Of a DNA stretch of 64,000 nucleotides, positions 57,744 through 64,000 are shown piece after piece (within the stretch, counting starts at the first letter, position 1; the number at the start of each line of letters is the position of its first letter). The position numbers were made by a program, and so were the translations under genes. The stretch lies in NCBI GenBank assembly GCA_003212795.1, contig QCOV01000003.1, forward strand, positions 78,676 to 142,675, given 5' to 3'. Under the pieces are notes generated by a model that made no database searches, was not told where the DNA came from, and saw only the letters and a program-made list of their open reading frames with translations. Source of the DNA: OCS116 cluster bacterium AG-435-F03. Its GTDB lineage: Bacteria > Pseudomonadota > Alphaproteobacteria > MED-G09.

Positions 57744-58124
57744 CTATCCAAGTATTCTCGATGTTTCTTCTTCATAGGCCTTCATATCAAAATAATCTCT
57801 CCAATTACAAATAAGGCCATCTTTAAATTCCATTACACCCATAACTAAAATACTCATCCATTGACCATTTATTTCAAATCTGTCAGTTCTTTCAGTTAAT
57901 ACTACTCCATCCTCGTTTTCAGCTATTTGATGAACTATCCATTCAATATTTGTGGCCATTTGAACAAATGGCTCCAAGTTGGCTCTAATCGCATCTTTAC
58001 CTGTTTGAGGCTCCATGGGAATATTGTGATAAAAACAATCATCAGATAATAAACTCATAATTCCTTCAATATCTCTATTGTTCCAATGATTAATAAAATC
58101 CATTACTTTTTCTTGATTGCTCAT
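57744..58124 (-). CDS. Limonene-1,2-epoxide hydrolase family protein (SnoaL/NTF2 fold)
   Basis: YHN, VLTERTD, VMGVME, WRDYFD catalytic residues. Confidence 0.88.
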   Translation of the reverse strand: MSNQEKVMDFINHWNNRDIEGIMSLLSDDCFYHNIPMEPQTGKDAIRANLEPFVQMATNIEWIVHQIAENEDGVVLTERTDRFEINGQWMSILVMGVMEFKDGLICNWRDYFDMKAYEEETSRILG

Positions 58125-59644
58125 TTTATCTCCTTAAAAATCTTACTATATTTCTCTTTCAAAACCTTCTTTTGTACCTTACCCATAGCATTTCTTGGTA
58201 ATTCATCTAACCAAATATATCTGATAGGACACTTAAATTTTGCAATAGAATTTAACAGTATTTCTTCAATACTGTCATCTGAAATGATATCTTTAGCTTT
58301 ATTAGAAATTAAAATTGCAACTACTGCTTCCCCCAAATCATCGTGAGGGCAACCAATCACTGCGCTTTCCTGAATGCCTTCAATTTCATCTAAAATTAAT
58401 TCTATTTCCTTAGGATAGATATTATATCCACCTGAAATTAACATATCAGTAGATCTACCAAATAAAGTCAGCCTTCCTTCATAATCTAGTTTACCAATAT
58501 CACCAGTTATAAAAAAGCCATCCAATCTGAACTCTTTTTTAGTTTTCTCTTCCAATCGCCAATATCCACTGAAAACATTTGGCCCCTTTACTTCAACAAT
58601 CCCTCGACTATCTGCTGGTAGTATTTGTCCTTTTTCATCAGACACTCTTATATCTATATCTGGTAAAGCAAATCCTACGGTTCCGGCTATTCTATCTCCA
58701 TTTAAAGGATTAGATGTAATCATTCCAGTTTCTGACATTCCATATCTTTCAAGTATATTGTGATCTGTCCTTTTCTTAAATTCTAAAAATACATTATCTG
58801 TGAGTGGAGCGGATCCAGAAATAAATAATCGTATATTCTTACATGTGCTTTTATTAAAATTATCTTTAGATAATAATCTACTGTAATAAGTTGGAACACC
58901 CATCATGACCGTTGCATCTGGTAGCCTTCTAATTAAAGTATCAGGAGAAAATTTTTTAATAAAAATGATTTTAGACCCACTTAAAAGAATTGTATGAAGA
59001 GCAACAAATAGACCATGAACATGAAATATTGGAAGAGCATGAATCAGAATATCACTTTCATTGAAACCCCAAGCACTAACAAGTGCATTGCCATTAGACT
59101 CTAAATTCCTATGAGTTATCATAGCACCTTTAGATTTTCCTGTTGTTCCTGAAGTAAATATTATAGAGGCAATATCATTTTCATCTAATTCTTCTATATT
59201 ATTATCTTCTTTTAATTCAGAAATTTCATCAGTAAGCTCAGTATTCTCTGTATCTAAAATAAATGTTTTTATATTTGGAAAATCTAATAACAAGTCTTTA
59301 TGTTCATCAAACTTATTATTGCTCAAAAATATTAATTGAGGCTCTACATTATTGATAAAATATGACATTTCATTTGATGTATAAGCAGTATTTAAAGGAA
59401 TATAAATTATCCCTTTTTTTAAACAGCTGAGATAGAGAGCTACGGAGTGAACATTTTTTTCAGCTTGAACAATAATTCTACTTCCTTTTTTTAAGCTAAG
59501 ATTTCTTAAGAAAGTTGAAAATTGAGAAGTTAATTTTTTTATATCATTATATTTCCATTTTTCTCCAGACTCCTCTTCAATGAAGATATTGTCTGAGTAT
59601 TTGTTAAAATTATCATTAAGAATTCTGTAAAAATTTTGATTCAT
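58121..59644 (-). CDS. Acyl-CoA synthetase, malonyl-CoA synthetase MatB-like
   Basis: PLNTAYT, FTSGTTGKSKG, HALPIFHVHGLFVA, ERYGMSET, PRNAMGKVQK. Confidence 0.85.
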   Translation of the reverse strand: MNQNFYRILNDNFNKYSDNIFIEEESGEKWKYNDIKKLTSQFSTFLRNLSLKKGSRIIVQAEKNVHSVALYLSCLKKGIIYIPLNTAYTSNEMSYFINNVEPQLIFLSNNKFDEHKDLLLDFPNIKTFILDTENTELTDEISELKEDNNIEELDENDIASIIFTSGTTGKSKGAMITHRNLESNGNALVSAWGFNESDILIHALPIFHVHGLFVALHTILLSGSKIIFIKKFSPDTLIRRLPDATVMMGVPTYYSRLLSKDNFNKSTCKNIRLFISGSAPLTDNVFLEFKKRTDHNILERYGMSETGMITSNPLNGDRIAGTVGFALPDIDIRVSDEKGQILPADSRGIVEVKGPNVFSGYWRLEEKTKKEFRLDGFFITGDIGKLDYEGRLTLFGRSTDMLISGGYNIYPKEIELILDEIEGIQESAVIGCPHDDLGEAVVAILISNKAKDIISDDSIEEILLNSIAKFKCPIRYIWLDELPRNAMGKVQKKVLKEKYSKIFKEIK

Positions 59645-59653
59645 AATACATGT

Positions 59654-61351
59654 TTAGTTAATAGGGATAACCAAACCTTCCCTTCTTGAGTCAGCTCCTC
59701 CGATATATCCTTCCCCGACTTTTTTGGCTACATGTAAACCGCTTCTTTTTCTTTTGATGGATACTTTATGACCTATTGCCTCAAGAAACTTTTGATGCTC
59801 TTCAAGTTCAGTACCTTTTTCCAATTCAGTTACATCTTTTTTTCTCATATAATGCGGAATATCTACTGACTCTTGAGGTGTCATGTCCCAGTCAAGTAGG
59901 CCTAAAATCGACTTAGCAACATATCCAATAATACTTGTTCCTCCTGGAGACCCAGTTAAAGAATGAATATTGTTATTTTTATCAAAAATTATTGTTGGTG
60001 ACATTGAAGATAAAGGGCGCTTTCCTGCTTCAACTCTATTGGCAGTTGGGGCACCATCATAATGTGGTAAAAATGAAAAATCTGTTAATTCATTATTTAA
60101 CATAAACCCTCCGGCCATAATATGACTTCCAAATGGGCCTTCGATTGTCGATGTCATTGAAATTGCATTCCCATAGAGGTCTACAATTACAAGATGGCTT
60201 GTTGAGTCTCTGGATATATCTATATTTTCAGAATATTTTTTAGCTCCTTCAGGTTTTCCAGGCTTAGGGTTTCGTATGGAATTGGTCTCGCTAACAACAC
60301 TAACTCTGTCACGTAAATATTTTTCATTTAACAAACCCTCAATCGGGATATTGACATAATCAGGATCTGCAAGATAAAAATTGCGATCACTGTATGTAAG
60401 AGCACTTATTTCTGAATAAAAATGGATAAATTCAGGAGAAGTTGGTTGAAAAGATTTTACATCATAGTTTTCAAGCATTTTTAAAATCATGAAAACAGAA
60501 ATATTACCTGCAGGAGGCGGCAGACCACAGAGTTTGTGTTCTCTATATTTGACACATAATGGATCGCGCCAGATTACATTATAATTCTGAAAATCCTCTA
60601 GAGTTAATATATCTGAAACATTCTCGGAATTATTAACTGCATCTATAATCATATGAGCTGTTTCACCTTTATAGAATTCATCAGCGCCATTTTTAGAAAT
60701 TCTTTTTAAAGTTTTTGCATATTCTTGATTAATTAAAATAGAGCCAATTTTTATAGGCTCAAGTTGATTTAAGTTGTTCTTTTCAAAATATAAAGATGAT
60801 GCTGGTTCAACTGTTTTAAGATAGCGCATATACTGCAGAGTATTATGAAGAGCAGGAGATACACTAAAGCCCTCTTCAGCAATTTTTATTGGCTCAATGA
60901 ATAATTCTTCCCATTTAAGTCTTCCAAATTTTTTATGGGTCTCTTCCATTAATTTGATTAGACCAGGGACACCAACAGATTTTCCATTAATAACAGCATC
61001 TGGATAAAATTTAATAGCCTTACTGTTTTTATCAGTAAATAAATCAGGCCCTGCTGATTTTGGAGCAACCTCCCTCCCATCAATCGCATATAATTTTGAA
61101 CCAAAATTATCCCAGTAAAGCATAAAACCGCCGCCACCAATTCCTGTAGATTGCGGTGTTGTCATTGTTAGAATAAGTTGCGCAGTTACTGCAGCGTCTA
61201 GTGCTGTACCGCCTCTTTTTATTATTTTTGCAGCTGCTTCAGAAGCATATTTGTTAGCAGTCACAACTATCGCTTTTGAAGGTTCAGATGCTTCAACAAT
61301 CGGTATTAAGATAAATGAAAATACCAATAATATTTTATAAAAATTTTTCAT
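59654..61351 (-). CDS. ggt: Gamma-glutamyltransferase
   Basis: Signal peptide, GIGGGGF, IDGRE, STSH nucleophile Thr, NNELTDF, KRPLSSMSP, GSPGG. Confidence 0.92.
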   Translation of the reverse strand: MKNFYKILLVFSFILIPIVEASEPSKAIVVTANKYASEAAAKIIKRGGTALDAAVTAQLILTMTTPQSTGIGGGGFMLYWDNFGSKLYAIDGREVAPKSAGPDLFTDKNSKAIKFYPDAVINGKSVGVPGLIKLMEETHKKFGRLKWEELFIEPIKIAEEGFSVSPALHNTLQYMRYLKTVEPASSLYFEKNNLNQLEPIKIGSILINQEYAKTLKRISKNGADEFYKGETAHMIIDAVNNSENVSDILTLEDFQNYNVIWRDPLCVKYREHKLCGLPPPAGNISVFMILKMLENYDVKSFQPTSPEFIHFYSEISALTYSDRNFYLADPDYVNIPIEGLLNEKYLRDRVSVVSETNSIRNPKPGKPEGAKKYSENIDISRDSTSHLVIVDLYGNAISMTSTIEGPFGSHIMAGGFMLNNELTDFSFLPHYDGAPTANRVEAGKRPLSSMSPTIIFDKNNNIHSLTGSPGGTSIIGYVAKSILGLLDWDMTPQESVDIPHYMRKKDVTELEKGTELEEHQKFLEAIGHKVSIKRKRSGLHVAKKVGEGYIGGADSRREGLVIPIN

Positions 61352-61412
61352 CAAATAATGTTTAACCTAATTATTAATATACAAATACACCAGCTTTGTT
61401 TAGTTTCCAATT

Positions 61413-62417
61413 ATGTTTTATTCTGGAGAAAATAATCTAATTACTGATGTTGATGGTATTTTGGTTGGTAATGCAGAAGATAAGGAAATAGGAACAGGAA
61501 CAACCATACTTATCCCTCCTGTAGGTAGTACAGCTGCTGCAGATGTAAGAGGTGGCGCCCCCGGAACAAGAGAGGTAGGAGCATTGAATCCTTATAATCT
61601 TGTAGATACGATTGATGCAGTTGTGCTTTCAGGTGGTTCAGCTTGGGGTTTAGAAGCAGCAAGCAGTGCTGCAAATTATATTGGAAAAAGTGGTCGAGGA
61701 TTTAAAACATCAGAAAATATAAAAAATGTTCCTATGATCCCTGCCGCCATATTATTTGATCTAAATAATGGCGGAAATAAAGATTGGGGTGATGAACCTC
61801 CATATAATAATCTCGGAATTGAAGCTTCAACTAGAGCTTCAGAGAAATTTCAGCTAGGCAATGTCGGTGCTGGATATGGTGCTAAAGCCGGCTCTTTAAA
61901 AGGTGGTTTAGGTAGTGCAAGTTTTGAAAATAAAGAAGGATTAAAAATTGGTGGTTTATTTGCGGTCAATAGTTTTGGATCAGTTGTTAATTATGAAACT
62001 GGACAATTTTGGGGCGCAAGTGATGAGTTAAATAATGAGTTTGGAGGAATGGGCGCTCCACAAAATTTACCAGAGGATATTTTGTCTGGATCTTCAATTG
62101 GTCATGCACTTGAAAAAAGTAATACAACAATTGGTATCGTTGCTACAAATGCTAGGTTAGACGCTAAAACCGCAAAAAGGATTGCAATCATGTCTCACAC
62201 TGGTATGGCACGAGCTATAAGACCTATTCATACACCAGTAGATGGCGATGTTATATTTGTAGTAAGCACAAATACTTTTGAAAAAGAATTAAATTACAGA
62301 GAAATAAATGAAATTGGTGAATTAGGTGCAAGAGTTTGTTCTCGATCAATATCAAGAGCTATATATGAAGCTGATAAATTGTACGAAATGCAATCTTGGA
62401 AAGATAAATATACTTAA
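61413..62417 (+). CDS. P1/S58 peptidase (DmpA/ArgJ-like)
   Basis: ITDVDG, DVRGGAPGTRE, LSGGSA, GNVGAG, NTTIG, HTPVDGD. Confidence 0.87.
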   Translation: MFYSGENNLITDVDGILVGNAEDKEIGTGTTILIPPVGSTAAADVRGGAPGTREVGALNPYNLVDTIDAVVLSGGSAWGLEAASSAANYIGKSGRGFKTSENIKNVPMIPAAILFDLNNGGNKDWGDEPPYNNLGIEASTRASEKFQLGNVGAGYGAKAGSLKGGLGSASFENKEGLKIGGLFAVNSFGSVVNYETGQFWGASDELNNEFGGMGAPQNLPEDILSGSSIGHALEKSNTTIGIVATNARLDAKTAKRIAIMSHTGMARAIRPIHTPVDGDVIFVVSTNTFEKELNYREINEIGELGARVCSRSISRAIYEADKLYEMQSWKDKYT

Positions 62418-62453
62418 TTTAAATTATATATAATTCATTTATAATATTATTAA

Positions 62454-62530
62454 GCGCCGGTAGCTCAGCTGGATAGAGCACCAGACTACGAATCTGGGGG
62501 TCGGGAGTTCGAATCTTCCCCGGCGCGCCA
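62454..62530 (+). tRNA. tRNA-Arg(ACG)
   Basis: GCGCCGG/CCGGCGC acceptor stem, anticodon ACG, GTTCGAA T-loop, encoded CCA. Confidence 0.97.
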
Positions 62531-62541
62531 TTGGAGAAAAG

Positions 62542-63414
62542 ATGTTTGATTCAGTAATTATAATTCTTCTTTTAATCAGCTTAATAATTATTGTGCTACT
62601 TAAATTCCCACAAAAAAAAGGTGAATCTCTCCTTGATGAAGCAATCAAAAAGCAGGAGGAAAATCTATTATCATTAAATAATGACATACAGGCTTTTAAG
62701 GAGCCTATTGGAAGATTGAGAAATTTTTTATCAGGCTCGACTTCGGCAGGCTCTTTTGGTGAATGGAATTTAAAATCAATTTTAGAGGATGTTTTTTCTA
62801 AAGATCAATACCTAGAAAATGTAGAAATTATTCCAAATTCTGGGAAGTATGTTGAGTTTGCTGTAGTTTTACAAGACGGTCTTTTAATGCCTATAGATGC
62901 AAAATTTCCTTCAGGTATTTATGATAAATATCTTAATGCCGCAGAAAAATTAGATAAAAAACTAATAGATGAATCTGAAAAAGAAATTATTAGACATATA
63001 AAAAAAGAGGCTAAATCAATTAGTTCAAAATATTTACTTGAGGGAGTAACTACTGATTATGCAATTTTGTACCTACCTAGTGAAAGTTTATTCCAACTAG
63101 TCATGAATTTAGATATCAAAGAGAGTATTCTTAGAGAAGATAGGATATTTATTTTAGGTCCAAACTCTCTAGCTGCCTATATTATAAGTATACAGATGGG
63201 CTTTCGAACACTCACTCTTAACAAAAGGACTTCGGAAATAATTAAAGAATTTGGAATATTCAAAAAAGAATTCGAAAATTTTAGTAATTCAACAGAAGAA
63301 TTAAGAAAAAAAGCTTCAGCAATGATAAAAGTTATAGATGAGCATGAAACAAGAGAAAAACAGATGAGTCGCTCAGTTGAGAGGATGGAAAAATTTAAAG
63401 ATAACAATGAATAA
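62542..63414 (+). CDS. rmuC: DNA recombination protein RmuC (short form)
   Basis: N-terminal TM, GSFGEWNL, PIDAKFP, TTDYAILYLPSESLF, MGFRTL. Confidence 0.85.
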   Translation: MFDSVIIILLLISLIIIVLLKFPQKKGESLLDEAIKKQEENLLSLNNDIQAFKEPIGRLRNFLSGSTSAGSFGEWNLKSILEDVFSKDQYLENVEIIPNSGKYVEFAVVLQDGLLMPIDAKFPSGIYDKYLNAAEKLDKKLIDESEKEIIRHIKKEAKSISSKYLLEGVTTDYAILYLPSESLFQLVMNLDIKESILREDRIFILGPNSLAAYIISIQMGFRTLTLNKRTSEIIKEFGIFKKEFENFSNSTEELRKKASAMIKVIDEHETREKQMSRSVERMEKFKDNNE

Positions 63415-63431
63415 ATTTTTTAAACAGCTAT

Positions 63432-63460
63432 TTGACTTAAGAAGATCTTGGGCTTATAAC
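63432..63460 (+). promoter_or_regulatory. Sigma70 promoter of rpmH-rnpA
   Basis: TTGACT-N17-TATAAC. Confidence 0.65.
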
Positions 63461-63490
63461 CCACATTGTTGTTAACCCTAGGGGATTATT

Positions 63491-63625
63491 ATGAAAAGAA
63501 CTTTCCAACCTAGTAATATTGTTAGAAAAAGAAGGCATGGCTTTAGATCCAGAATGGCTACAGTTGGTGGTCGTAAAGTTTTGTCTAACCGAAGAGCTAA
63601 AGGCAGGAAAAGACTCTCTGCTTAA
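63491..63625 (+). CDS. rpmH: 50S ribosomal protein L34
   Basis: [44 protein letters not shown]; missed by the ORF track. Confidence 0.97.
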   Translation: MKRTFQPSNIVRKRRHGFRSRMATVGGRKVLSNRRAKGRKRLSA

Positions 63626-63631
63626 ATTTAG

Positions 63632-64000
63632 ATGACAACAAAGCAAAAAGAACAAAAAAAAACTTCAAAAATTCAGAAAATCGATAAAATAACTAAGCGA
63701 CAGGATTACTTGCGCGCATCTAAATCAAAATACTTTAGATCAAATTCTTTTATAATTCAGTTTTATAATAGAGCTGATACCTTAGGACCAAGATATGGAG
63801 TAACAGCAACAAAAAAAATAGGCAATGCAATTAAGCGAAATAAAGCAAAACGAAGAATAAGGAATCTAGTAAAAGATTTACTTCCAAAATACGGAAAAAA
63901 TGGTTACGACTATGTTTTTATCGCAAAAGAAAATTTAATAAATGAAGATTGGAAAGTCTTAAAAGAAGAATCCACATCTGTTTTGAAAGATTTTAAATAT
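63632..64000 (+). CDS. rnpA: Ribonuclease P protein component (runs off window end)
   Basis: RYGVTATKKIGNAIKRNKAKRRIR (RNR motif), DYVFIAK; follows rpmH. Confidence 0.93.
   Translation, partial: MTTKQKEQKKTSKIQKIDKITKRQDYLRASKSKYFRSNSFIIQFYNRADTLGPRYGVTATKKIGNAIKRNKAKRRIRNLVKDLLPKYGKNGYDYVFIAKENLINEDWKVLKEESTSVLKDFKY

Noticed and set aside
2520-61140. Many 60-130 aa ORFs nested in or antisense to confident genes (for example 2520, 11124, 16796, 19555, 32692, 37735, 52716, 54355)
   Set aside because: Fully overlapped by well-supported genes, with no motifs or RBS
36313-62530. Genomic island or prophage bounded by the tRNAs
   Set aside because: No integrase, transposase or phage gene, and I saw no duplicated tRNA 3' end; core genes lie between them
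62439-62687. 82-aa minus-strand ORF
   Set aside because: Antisense translation of tRNA-Arg and the rmuC start
63437-63655. 72-aa minus-strand ORF
   Set aside because: Antisense shadow of rpmH
1-64000. CRISPR array, rRNA or defence system
   Set aside because: No regularly spaced direct repeats, cas genes, rRNA sequence or recognisable restriction/defence genes were seen by eye

Overview
AT-rich (about 30% GC by eye), densely packed bacterial chromosome segment. The core genes look alphaproteobacterial (gcrA, class I LysRS, long dcd, DUF1178/grxC, rpmH-rnpA), consistent with a streamlined marine lineage, but some genes look gammaproteobacterial (sucAB, possibly the TonB-dependent receptors). 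The left half holds a phosphate-starvation regulon with three readable Pho boxes: plcP-glycosyltransferase lipid remodelling, porin-pstSCAB-phoU-phoB next to phoR, and an ArsR-less arsC-MIP-ppk2-ppx operon. The middle holds a LysR-divergent locus with two unannotated small ORFs and a C-rich-loop hairpin, two tandem TonB-dependent receptors, and tRNA-Ala. The best candidate for an undescribed system is an array of five secreted two-repeat proteins at 40.0-43.9 kb. It lies behind a Fur-type box, four members carry a conserved Cys pattern, and three have a mature N-terminal Asp-Asp-His. The right half has a Rieske oxygenase catabolic cluster, a three-subunit 2-oxoacid oxidoreductase next to sucAB (the two operons share a promoter motif), ggt, a DmpA-like peptidase, tRNA-Arg, rmuC, rpmH and rnpA. 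I saw no CRISPR array, rRNA, transposase or integrase. All calls come from motif recognition; no database search was run.
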